Below, one piece after another: positions 48,333 through 64,000 of a stretch of 64,000 nucleotides of DNA. A program made the position numbers and the translations under genes. The DNA comes from Tubulanus polymorphus (lineage: Eukaryota; Animalia; Nemertea): positions 13,648,655 through 13,712,654 of the forward strand of contig NC_134033.1 in the NCBI RefSeq assembly GCF_964204645.1, given 5' to 3'. The notes under the pieces were generated by a model. It saw nothing but the letters and a program-made list of their open reading frames with translations, ran no database searches and had not been told where the DNA came from. Positions within the stretch are counted from its first letter, which is position 1. Each line of letters opens with the position of its first letter.

Positions 48333-51300
48333 CCGCTCGACCGTATTGACCACATGTTTCTTAATCAGAGCGTGATTCATTGAAAATGAATGATTGAATT
48401 AACATTTAAACCTAGAAATTTCTCAGATTTACTCCGGTAGTTTCGTTTTAATCATGTGCGAAAACTCGGAGGATTTTTAAACCCAGAAACTGGCCACCCT
48501 GGACTATACAAAACAGTTTAAAGAACGGGTTCAGCAAGTGTGTTTTCGAGGACTGTGATTTATCCGCGACGCCGCGTGCGACATTTTTGACGGTGTTAAA
48601 TTGAATCTTTTCAAATCGTCTCCTGACTGACTCAATTATTACCAGTTCAAAAAATCCTTTCGGTGTCGTCGACGCCTTTCTTTGTCGATTATTCATAAAT
48701 CGAGTCCATATACACACGCCGAATATACATAATAAAGACGTGTAATGGATTGAGTTTATATTGCTGATGAAGTCATCAAAAATATACCTTTAAACGCGTC
48801 GACGAGTTTAAGTATATTGTGTCTAGATTTGAGGCCATGTATTTTAAGCGGTATAGGTGGATTATTCGGTGATGTGAAAGTTGTTTTTCTTTCATTTCGT
48901 GTGGTAGGTTATAAGCTATTTCCTAATAGCACCAGACGATCGACTAACGTTTGCGTCACATGACAACCGCGCTACGCGAAATATTACGCTCACGGACATT
49001 TTCAGCTATAAATAGAAAAAACAATGGAATTGTAATTCGTGCTAAGTTAACCGCGTTCGATATCTTGAAAATTCTTTTCGAAAACGATTTTAAAGGATTT
49101 ATTCGTTGACTGTATAATCCGATGATGACGTCATTCCGATGGCTAAAGTGTAAGTTGATTTACAGGTACTCTCGTTGATGCAGCGGTTCGAAATGTATTA
49201 TACGCAAACATTTAAAAATGAAGAAATTGATCATTGAAAATAATATCACATATTATGTCTTTATGGACTTTTTATCGAAATGACCCGATGAGCTTCCTTC
49301 GATAAGCACAAGCATGGATGATACGCAACATTACCCCTACCGAATATAGAACATTTTCAGACTGACTTCCGCACTGGTTGTTCCGCCTTTGGTTGAAATA
49401 ATCTCTGAATATGCAATGCTTTTTGTAGATTTTGAGTATTTCCACGTTGGATTCGGGCCAAACTGTAACCCGTTTGACCTGTGTGGCTATCAATCTTAAT
49501 TCTTTAACTTACGAACTTTTTGGAGTACAGTTTTTTCAAGAACAAAATGGTAGGGCGAAGGCGAAAACAAAAATAAAACGTTTTTTTCAAATGGAAGGGA
49601 ACAGGAAAAAGTGAAAATAATCTTTTTAAAATCAATTGAGTGTTTTCCATATAAAACTTCGGTAGGACTGCATAAAAGAATAAAAAAGAAGTGAAAATTG
49701 TGATATGTTGCTAGATTCAAAATCACGACGGACAGAAGAAAAAAAATGTATCGAAAAATTTCGTATTTTCTAATTTGATGATTTTTTGCAGAATTCTGGG
49801 AGGCGGATCCGTGCTTATTTTAGAAAACTCCTAACATACACTAGTGTCATTTCAAATCTATTTCATTCTACGAACGAAGCAATTAATAATTCTATATATA
49901 ATCCTAATCATAACATTTCATTCTTGAAATAAATTTCCTGAAATAACCACATTTCACCGCGCGGTGGAGTAAGACGCCGTTATATTTTGAGGAGTTTTTT
50001 GACAGCGAAGTTAATCACTTCGTTTTGTTTGACGAGAAAATTCGAGGGCAAAAGTCAAGTCTCAACTCTATAAATATACGTGTTTATGTTGACAGAAATT
50101 CCCGCGATTTGAATCGTTTATTTTTGAATCTTTCGTCGAATGTCGAATATCGCAGTAAGTGAATATGTCCAGAACGATTTATAACGATTTTTTCGGTCGG
50201 TTCTTCTCGGAAGTGTTTTGATTTTATGATTAAAACCACGAATTTTCAGTTGGTAATTTCAGTCACGTACGTTAAACAGTAACTGAAAGTAGACATACGG
50301 ATTGAAGGGATTGGTGAAATTTAGAAATATCTTATTCGGATTTAGAAAATAAACGATAGGAAATCTTTGTTCCACAAGAGCTACGTATCAAGGTATGTTT
50401 TATTGTAACGCTTATTTGTTCGTTTGTTCGGTTATTTCGGGAAAAAACATTTTGAAAACTACTCTATTCGATTTCTAGAGAAGTCTGTGATTCGGTTTCT
50501 CGAACGCAGTGCTTATATTCATCTTAAAATCTATGTTTGATTAAATCGTTGACTTGATAATATCAGAATACATTATTCTGCGAGTCACCTCTCAGTGAAA
50601 ATGATTTCTATTCCGATAGTAGAATGTATTTTTATCACGTATTCTGAGGGTTAGCGTGTTCCCAGCGAATTCATTTCACAAAATGTACATTTCATTTGTC
50701 TTTATCATTGATTATCTCGAATAATTAATCAAAATATCCCCGGCTTCTGTCATGATCGTCTGCGCCCGTGTGTTTAGTCAGTTTCCACAAACGAGACCGC
50801 GCGGTTGCTATTTTCATTTGGGATCATCCCTAACAACGAGTGGTACGGAACTGTGCCTAAAATAACAAAGTCGCCGTTATGGCCATTTTGCCTTTTTTCC
50901 GCCTTCGGAACGAACGCGATAGTGGTGTACGAGGCTTTCGTTCTGCGATTTTACTTTCAATTTTAGAGTTGTTCGCCAATGCGTTAGCTATATGCGCAGA
51001 AAAATATATCAATCTCTAAATAGAAGTGACTGGCGCAGATAATCGGATTAAACAATCAATCAGAAAATATCCTCGAGAACGCGCTTTATCTTCGTCTGCC
51101 ACGGTCGCTCGGTCACGTGACTCGGGAAGGGATGACATCCGGAAATGAGGCCATATACCAAGCCTGCGACATAAAAAAAATGCACGATTCCGCTGAGAAT
51201 GGATCAAAAGCAAATATCCACCACGTGTGTGATGATTATATTTTCGGTTATTGTCGATAGAAGAATGGCCAGGGCCAGTTGATGATGACCATCTTATTTC

Positions 51301-51921
51301 CAATTTCAATATTTTCAATTTCAATATTTCAATGACTCTCCCGATTAAAATAGGACCCAAGGGAACGTCTGGTTTTTGTTTGACGATGTCACTGTGTACA
51401 TAGGCGTCGCGGGAGAATTGCTAGGCAGCAAATCATTGTGTGTACGCTGATGTATTATTTACTTCTGTTCAATTCAATCTCCGAAACGCCATCCACGACA
51501 GTAAACCGACGATTATTCATTGGCGCGATTGGTGTCGGTTATGGGTCTATCATATAGTGTTAAACAAGCCGATCAAATACACCGGCTTTGTTTTTCACGA
51601 AATAAGGATACTACTTTATGATTAAGTAAATTTCAAAAGAGTTATCAAGAGTTTGTGGAAGGGATATTCTATATGTCCGAGGTTTACGTAGTCGTACACT
51701 CCTCTCGCATTGGGACTGTTGCATCATCCGGGTACAACTAACTCCATGCGTCGAATCGCTGGAATATGCAGTAGTTTCGCAGTGTGGACCGTTCACGAGA
51801 GTGTCTCATTATTACTGTGCAGATCAAATTATGATGCTTCAAATGTTTAAGAAAATATCTCCTACATCGGAATTTTATTTGTTCTTTTGTAGAAAGAACA
51901 TTCTTAACAAGTAATCGAATC

Positions 51922-55742
<3,821 letters not shown>

Positions 55743-56244
55743 TTTACAATCTAGAGCAGTGGATGTTTCCGCTGTGATCTCCGTCACCCTGATCCCAGCG
55801 TAACCACATTTTCTGTATTGTAAAGTCAGAGTGATTTCAAAGTATCGAGAAAACATCGTTCGGGCCTCAGTATCTGTGGTAACATCAGGCAAGTTCCTGG
55901 TGAAATGTACTAGAGATATGCACCGACGAATGCTAGTCTGACAAACCGTGTCGTGGATTATTGATAACTATTTAACGATGGTTTGAAAGAAAGTAAATGA
56001 AATTTATCTATCAAAATATTTGTGTTTGCTTGAGTTTAGGAGAATATCTGATGTGAATCGAGGTTAAATGTCGAGTACTTGAAATTTCACTTGGAGATGA
56101 TTCAGCAAGTTGGCGAAGTTAGCAAGTTTCCTAGTTTCCTATAATCTCAAATCTATATCATTCCCCACATTTGGGGCAAATGCTATGCGATAATATATAA
56201 TACAGGATAGAGGATGAAAAGATTGTTTGCGGACTGAGCCGAAT

Positions 56245-59200
56245 TTAGAATTCGTCATCAATTTTCAATTCTACATGCGCGTCAACATCTTTCTTCTTCA
56301 CGTCACATATGTAACACTGACCCTAAAAAATCAACAAAAATAATTCCAGTCTTTGGGGTTGATAAATTGAATGATTGAGGATTGAGGAGTGTATACCTCA
56401 GCGTCGATCCAACACTGCGCGCAGTACAGGAAGTTACAGCCTTTGGTGCACGTGACGCATTTCGAATCTTCCCGTTCGTCGCAGACGATGCATTTCCTTT
56501 TACCAAGGCCAAGGACGTTCAGGCAACAGCACAGCCGAGGAAACTGTAACTTCAACGCCGTTAGAAGTGACGTGACGCGCTGAAAAGACACAGCCAGTAT
56601 GGTCACCGTGGCCCATAGATTTTGGAACGGCGAGATGGGCTTTAATCTGACGTAATGATTACCGAAAGTTCTTGTCTTTCCACCATTGCACGTATTTCTG
56701 CTCGCATGTGTTTCATGTATCCGTTTCTCTTCCGCATCATATCATTGTAAAGGAACAGAATTCGCTTTTTCTCGTGCTTCAGATAACAGGGAATAAATGT
56801 ATACATAAATATATACAGAAGCTGTTAATAAACGGGATATTTTAGAATGAAATATGTATATATAGGCCTATAAATGTGTAGTACTATACAGAATTCTTTT
56901 TGAAATTAACTCCAGAAAACTCAATGGGTTAAACATTTTGCATAATTTATGCACAATAACATTCGAAATTCAGATTCAAAGCACCACCTTGCGGTAGAAG
57001 AACGAAGCAATCACTCTTCTGAGTCGTAGAGCGTACGCCTCGGTCAGAATCGACACCCAAACAGTCACAACAACTGCTATAGTCTTCCAGATGTACATAC
57101 GAGGCGTCTGCATAGGGCGAGGCAGACATACTGAAAATATACGACATGAAACCAAGTAAACTTGAAACCATTTTAAAGATTGCTGTCTGAAACTGTGAGC
57201 ATCAAAGTTAAATTCATCCTGAAACGACTGTGGAACTGTCAAACCTATAGAAATTATTGAATTTGTTTCATTATAAACGGCTGTACCTTCGTTGCTAGTC
57301 AGGTTGTCTATAGAGTGTTGTTGGTTGAAACTTTTAAATAAAGTGCGCACCAGGTTCCCAACCAGTCCGTTACCGTAAACCTTCAATCCGATCTGATGAA
57401 AACCTGGCGATTAAAAAAACAACACGGCCCAGGTATTTCACATTGCCGTAAACATTCTAAAGAGCAGAACAAAAATTCCAAAATGTATGAAATAATGCAT
57501 TCATTGTTTTGACCTTTTTGGGTATATTTGACTGCTGCGTTTCCGGCTAAAATGTCCATTATTGAAAATACAATAGCATCGACCATGAATATACCAGCAA
57601 ACATCAGAGCTCTCAATAACACGTACAGTGTTCCCATTACCTGTAATGATAAATCAAATATTTATTTGAAAATAATCCCTACAAATGCATCCCTTGCTGC
57701 TGCGTGTGTATTTATCAAAATGTACCGTACCAATTTGCGTTTTTCCGGACCCATCAAGCGCATGCGTATTGGCTCGATCACTTTGGCCGCTTCCCGTTTT
57801 TTTAATGGCATCAAGGTTTGTTTGTTCTGTTATAAAGAAAACACACTTCATCAACAAAATGTAAATATGTTGAACTGAAAATCTTGAGTTGGAGGATTTT
57901 GTTCAAAGAGTTGAACTGAAAGCTGTGCTCTGTGTTACCTTTTTACGGCGTCTTTCCTCGATATGCCGGAAATAGGTCGTCATGTAGACGTTGTCGAATG
58001 TGAGCATTTTAATGTAGTCGTTATGATAATACATCGCCCTAAAATCAATCAATATCATCGACCTATCAATTTGACCAATATCATCTCTCACATTAACAAA
58101 CCTCAAAAATCTCAATTCAGGTTGCTTCAATTACAAAGAACCAGTTTAATAAATCAGTGCTAGGTTTATCATCACTTGTAACCAGTTCCACAGTTGTGAG
58201 TTAACCCCGAGTTAAGATTAGTTCATGTTCACCCTAGAATCAAATGAACTATGGAACTGGGTCCGGTATTCAAAGTTATTGTTTGAATTTTACTCGATCT
58301 AATTTATATAAATCTATAACAAAAAAATACTTCGATTTGTAAGCGAAAATACTGATTCTATTTTTCACGTGGAGATTATTTTTGTCAGGAATAATTGTCA
58401 TTTCGAAGGCCCCAGCCGCCGTACAGATACTTAACGATAAGAAAATCCTGACAAACATGAAAGGCAAAATACGTCTGATGGTGAGTAGAATGAAGTTCAG
58501 AACCCGCGTTCTCATCTCAAACTGATACTCAATCTCTTTAGCGATCGCGGCTGCGGTTTTAACTTCAACCGGTGGTTCAATCATCTCCAACTGTAAAACA
58601 ACAAACAACAACAACAATTAATCAATCAATTTCAAAATTTATCAATTGAATACCTCTTCAATGGTCTGTCCATAAACAAGAATGGCGCCTGGGGCCGGTT
58701 GCATAGTCGTGGCTCGGACTTAAGACCAGTCTAAGACCAACTTAGTTCTATAGCCAATCTAACAACTTAAGACCAGTCTTAAGATTTAAGACCACTTTCG
58801 AACTTAAGTCACGACTGTGCAACTGGGCCCTGGTCATTTGATGCACTAAGTTCGCTATGCCTCTTTTTTCAGGTTACCTTGTATTGCATGTTTACTTTGA
58901 ATTGCTGATTAAGATCTTTCATCGTGTGTTTGGTGGCTTCGAACCCTTCACCAAATCCTGGATTCACAGCTTCCATCGAGTTACAATCAATACCAGTTAT
59001 ACCCGGTAAAACTGTTTTTCATAAATGCGAATACAAAATGGTTACATTTGTTATAAACGAATTATCCCTTAAGCTCCAAGATTGATTACTTGCGAGGATT
59101 CGAACACTAAGAATGTTCACTTACACAAGGCTAATTTGCATATACCGGTGAACGCGGAGAACGGCCAGCAGAGCAGTTTACCGAGGATACGCCCGACTTT

Positions 59201-60823
59201 TTGAAGGCATGCCACCTTCACTTCTTTCATACTGTTTTTGCACATTATAACCCCTTGATTAAAAACCTCTGAAAACAATTTGAACAATGGTTGTTAAGCC
59301 GTTCGGCGAAGCACACGAAGTACATTGGGTCCGACGTTGGCAGACACAAATGTATCACATTCCATTGAATCATTTGAGATGTAACGACCTTGACATTGGT
59401 AATCTAGTTTTCGTTTGAAGAGTTTTTCATCTTGGGTGGCATCACTGTCGCTTTTGTCGATTTTATAGCGATTGTCGATCCTTTCGTTCCGGTCAGCGCC
59501 ACCTTTTAACGGATGATAACATGACGAATAAGGATCCGGGTCACGATAGTCTACAGACATTTCAATAAATACGGCTGCGAAAAGTGTGGTCCCTCGTATG
59601 ATACAATCAATAAGGAATCTTTAGTTTCAAACAATCAGGATATTTCACGGAAGCAACCACCTTTTCTAGTTTCATAGATATTAAATACGGTTCCTACTGA
59701 CCCATATCCTGCTTCGTAGCCTCGTTTTGTATCTTTATACGGTCTACGTCATCCTGTGACGTCACAAATTTATTCAGCGGCAAGAATTCATCGAATAGCG
59801 AACCGGAAATACCCGTCAGAAAATTACTTTGTAACTAAATGTGAAAACAAAAACAACCTCGAGATATAATTGTAAGACACTCGGTTTCTTACAAGATGTT
59901 GGATTGCGTGTATCTTATATCATTGGTATCGATAGTACAATACCTGGGCTCTGAAAACCAACCCACCAAACTTTATGAATAAGTCTTTATTAGGTCTAAC
60001 GCCAAACGTATTACCTTTAGGTCGTCCAGTATATCCTGAGCCGGTTTTGATCTCAGTTCCATTCGCATCTTCGTTTGATTTTCAGCTAATTCCACCACAC
60101 AGTTCAACGAACGAGTAATCTCTTTGGCGTTGAATATCAGATTTGAAACAGGTCCTGAAAACAGGCGCCAAAAATCGAGTTTTATTTCAACTAAATTTGC
60201 TTCGGTTCTTATGAAATGACACGCGCGGACACCGGGATAGAAATCGACTTACCTGTTATGATTAGTCCTATGGCGAAAGTCCAAACGTAAGCTCGGCCGC
60301 TTTTTGCGAAAAGATGCGGAAGTAAAAGGGATGTAATGCAGCGAATTTCCACCGATAAGGCGAAACCAAACGCCAGAAGAAGACCCATAACGCCCCCTAG
60401 CGAGTACCGCAAGTAGTCTGGGAGCTGCATAGGCTCAATCAGCGCGAAGTGTAAACCTAGAAATATTCAGATATATTCAGAATGAGGTTTGTGTGATCTG
60501 GTTGTTGTAATTTGTCATATGAATTCAAGATGTTTCATTTCACTGTTGGACGGTACTCACAGAGGGCAATCAGCGCCCCGACGGGGAACCCCAAAATCTT
60601 TTTAGCGATGCGGTATTTATTTGGTTCGCTCGTTAAAAAGTCGTGTATTAGCGGACACGATTTCTGACAGCAGCTGGAGATTCCTTTGAATGGAAGTTTT
60701 AGAAAAATGTATTGATTAAAACAAATTTTGCACCTTTCGAATGTAAAGAGTGTCCAGAGTCCGATATCTCTGTATACATTTACCTTTGTGGATCTTGTCG
60801 AGAAATCGTGCACACGACGACAT
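56245..60823 (-). CDS. DCST1: DC-STAMP domain-containing protein 1 (DCST1/sneaky-like)
   Basis: Multi-exon gene. Starts MSSCARFLDKIHKG (60784-60823); continues through 60561-60683, 60253-60456 (IRCITSLLLP..GRAYV), 60015-60154 (GPVSNL), 59702-59834 and further exons. Contains TFDNVYMTTYFRHIEERR, CLPRP, EAYALRLRRVIASFFY, EKKRILFLYNDMMRKR and a C-terminal Cys-rich RING-like CIVC..C..C..YCAQCW..CYIC; stop at 56245-56247. Confidence 0.9.
58691..58830. mobile_element. MITE with ~22-bp TIRs
   Basis: GGGGCCGGTTGCATAGTCGTG ... CACGACTGTGCAACTGGGCCC. Confidence 0.75.
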
Positions 60824-61623
60824 CTTTTTTCTGGCAGGAAAAATTGTTCCAGTTTCCTTTGGTCATTAGCCTATACGACGTAACCGTTAACATTGTTGTC
60901 CTATGCCTGTATTTTTTAATTTGAAGATGGCGGAAACTTTGTATCAGAAAGATACAATTTGTAAATGTTAAGGAAAAATAAAGATGAAGATGATGATGAA
61001 TTTTCTTGCTCATACGGTGATATTCTTATGTCGATTGAAATTGTGCAATTTCGCTCCGCGAATCCTCTCATGGTGGAGCTAATATCTACACAGCTTTCCA
61101 GAATGAAAATCGCCCAATCCCGGGATATTTAAGATTTTGCGTGACAGCTCTACGATCTGGGAAAAGCTGCAAATTGGATCTGTCAAACAACATGAGGATA
61201 TCAGACGTCAAAATCAGTTAAGAATATAATCCGGTTGACTGTCATTTCGTATATGAATTTATTAAGATTAAAAAAAAAAAAATAAAAATCAACACAAATA
61301 TCAAATAAACTTGAAAGTATTTTAGACACACGGTGTAATACTATAAAAATCATATTCTAATTATTATCACATCATGGTTTATTTTGAACTAGTAACTGTT
61401 AAAAAGTGTTAAGTAGTTTTACGTACGGATACAACACTCAAAGATTTTAATTTTTTTTTACTTCAAGTGGATTGCAAATGAATTTATTTCAGTGTAAAAT
61501 CTAAGACATATTTTCAACGCAACTCTCTTTAAGTCTATAGCGGGTACTACGAGGGGAAAAAATTACCCAGAACGTAATGAAAAATCGACGATGAAAAAAA
61601 GAAAACAGTCGGGTTCCCGTTGT

Positions 61624-62871
61624 TTAGTCTGAGGCTGATGGCATTCCGTTTCCTTTGAAACTTGGCACATTGATTTCGTGTTGCTGCGGATCACCAATGC
61701 CAACCGATCGCAGTGACGTCATACTATTAGTACGGCTAATAGGCGGCGTCGCTGTACCACTAACGACTTCACGACGTCTAAGAACCGGTGTGAGCCTACC
61801 GGAATGAGTCTGTAAGGCTGACTGAGGTGAAAGAAATTGTTGACCATTAGTCTTATCAAATTTATTGATTTCGTCATCCGGGTCGTAACCGATATTTATA
61901 ACGGCCTTGACCTTCATCGACGTGTTGTTATCGTCGAATAGTTCGCTGTTTCTGGGCGACGAGCTCCGGGTCGAGTCGGTGTCGACATCAGACATCTGAA
62001 AATGACGGAGCGCGACGGTTGACACGGAACAGTCCGCATCCGTGGTCGTCACGCTTCCTCTTTCGACCGTGTAAAACTTCTCGCTGGCGTTCGCGTGAAT
62101 TTTCTTCATGCAAAGTAACGTCAAAGCGACGTGAATTGACGAGAACAGAAGGAATACCGGGCACAGAATCCCGATAATAGTCAACTGACGGGTCAACGTC
62201 GCGCGTAAGAGCGGGTCACAGGCGTTCTTGTAAATCACTTGTAATGGACTATTCGTATTTCGGGAAATCTGTTGACAAGTAGTCGATTTATTGGATATGA
62301 GAACTTCGGGAACTAGATCGGCCGCGCATTGACACGATTTCGGATAGATAACCGAATCTAAAGTCGACCAGTCGGTATGATCGAGTACTCCGCAGCAGTG
62401 TTCGTTAGTTTGAATCATGAGCAGACAGGGGGCGTTCGAGTCGATCGTTTCGTTCGATACGCCCATATCCAGCATTCGTCTCAGATTAGATTCCAAATTT
62501 CCCTCAACGTCCGTGACGTAATGACTCCACGTGAACGCCGTTGCTACTAGCAGCAGAACGCCGATGACCGCGCACACGGCCAGTAGCTTGAAGAGCAAAT
62601 TTACCAGATCGAACGTCTGACCTGACGTCACAAAACCCGTGAAACTGAACAGAATCATTATAACCGCCGCGGCGATTGTTACGTAAAGCTCGATTTTGAG
62701 ATGGCTGCCAATCAGGCAAGTGGGCAGCTGGGTCATCAGAAAGTTAATGGAGAATCCGAGTAGAATACAGCCTTGTATAAGAAGCAATATGAAGTATAAA
62801 ATGTAAACGACGTGGGCAGTTTTAGTGCGGTATATGAGCAAACCAAACCTAGTTGCAGCTTGACTTTTCAT
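61624..62871 (-). CDS. Divergent tetraspanin-like protein, single coding exon, long cytoplasmic tail
   Basis: 415-aa ORF with three N-terminal TMs, a large loop carrying HCCGVLDHTDW, PKSCQC and a pre-TM4 Cys, a fourth TM, and a ~160-aa Ser/Thr-rich tail. Confidence 0.85.
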   Translation of the reverse strand: MKSQAATRFGLLIYRTKTAHVVYILYFILLLIQGCILLGFSINFLMTQLPTCLIGSHLKIELYVTIAAAVIMILFSFTGFVTSGQTFDLVNLLFKLLAVCAVIGVLLLVATAFTWSHYVTDVEGNLESNLRRMLDMGVSNETIDSNAPCLLMIQTNEHCCGVLDHTDWSTLDSVIYPKSCQCAADLVPEVLISNKSTTCQQISRNTNSPLQVIYKNACDPLLRATLTRQLTIIGILCPVFLLFSSIHVALTLLCMKKIHANASEKFYTVERGSVTTTDADCSVSTVALRHFQMSDVDTDSTRSSSPRNSELFDDNNTSMKVKAVINIGYDPDDEINKFDKTNGQQFLSPQSALQTHSGRLTPVLRRREVVSGTATPPISRTNSMTSLRSVGIGDPQQHEINVPSFKGNGMPSASD

Positions 62872-64000
62872 CTTTTTAAACGTAGTGCTCGCTCCCGACC
62901 GATTGGTTTATCCTACAACTTTTTCATAACTGAAATCAAGAAATAAATAAACTTGAGGAAAGAAACGAAATAACGAGTATTTTTTTACGCAATTCGCCTG
63001 TCTTATTCTTATGGATAAGACGCGTATTTTGCTTCACACCTAAAAAGATTGTCCCAGAGAGGTCTTGAACCGATATCGCATGAATAACGTGCAAAGGCCT
63101 AAAACTCTTTCCCTTTTGTATAGAAAACTGATCTGTCGAACTCTTGATGATTTGTTTCTTAATGTCCTTGTTATATATGAAAAGCTTCATGTTTACCTGA
63201 ATATCCGTCGATTGGAGAATCGCACGCGCTCAAATAACCATAATCTCCTGATTTATACGTATATGACTGACTGCCACACATTCCCGAAGTTTATTTATGT
63301 CAGTAGTATGAAATTGAAGTTTTCCACACGCTATGTAAGAAGAACGAACTCGATTAGCACCTGCTTTCAAATCAGCTCTCATTCAAAATAACGTACATTC
63401 ATGTATATGTATGTGATATATTTCTATTTTCGTGCTGAATAATAGATCTACTTGTTTTTTTTTGGTGACTATATGTTCCTATTACAATATTGCTGCAATT
63501 CTGTCGCGTTATCGCGGTTTTCAGTTCTACTGTTTAGAATTGTAAAGACCGGTATTTTTAATGGGAACAGTTAATATTGCGTTATTGAGTGCACAACCAG
63601 ACAATATCGCTTTGTTTCTGATCGTAGGAACGCCTACTCATTTTTTCATCGAGTTTTCACTCTCAACAGACCTGCGCGGTGGGGTGGGCAGAGCACAGTA
63701 CTACATCAAGATGTGGCGCTTAGATAAGACTTAGAATCGCTCCAAATAAAGCAATCTTTTCTTCACAAATTAATACTGGTCCCAATGCTAGGATTGAATT
63801 GATCGAATTGTCAAAGACCCAGTTGGCCAGCTGGGAGTGAATCAAATTCGATTCGTTTTTTGATTTCAGAATAACCACACTCAACCGTGTGGAGGATAGA
63901 TAATAAGATGAAACCTGCTATAGATGAAAAGTTTTGTTATCGAGGATTTATGCAATCAAAAATCAATTAAAAAGGCACGATCTTTCGAACTCACATTAAA

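Noticed and set aside
60780-61013. 77-aa ORF as DCST1 first exon
   Set aside because: Wrong phase for the 60683 acceptor; the ATG at 60823 in another frame joins correctly.

Overview
Eukaryotic genomic DNA: AT-rich, short GT-AG introns, invertebrate-type gene set (probably a lophotrochozoan, which is an inference). Seven protein-coding genes were assembled by hand. They are the 5' half of myosin VIIa (minus, ATG 10501, running off the left edge), a 13-exon cAMP-receptor-like/GPR157-type GPCR (plus, 31546-36483 or 37894), AP-1 sigma (minus, 44288-40639), ASCC1 (plus, 45032-47768), a CARD plus coiled-coil protein (plus, 51922-55742), DCST1 (minus, 60823-56245) and an intronless tetraspanin-like gene (minus, 62871-61624). 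Mobile DNA includes a 5'-truncated, frameshifted Penelope-like retroelement (RT + GIY-YIG) with a minimal hammerhead ribozyme, solo or inverted ribozyme-bearing pLTR pieces, piggyBac-type and other MITEs, and minisatellites. Two groups of observations stand out. (1) The gene-free interval ~15.9-31.4 kb holds a ~620-nt inverted repeat whose arm differences are all transitions and mostly G-U pairs on the minus strand. It encloses two structured direct repeats. The same interval has an array of duplicated non-coding exon-intron modules with conserved splice sites on the minus strand, suggesting an undescribed structured lncRNA/hairpin-RNA locus. (2) There is hidden exon duplication: the GPCR has mutually exclusive TM2-TM3 exons and two homologous terminal exons, and AP-1 sigma has two equal-length alternative C-terminal exons. 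Coordinates were counted by hand and may be off by a few bases.
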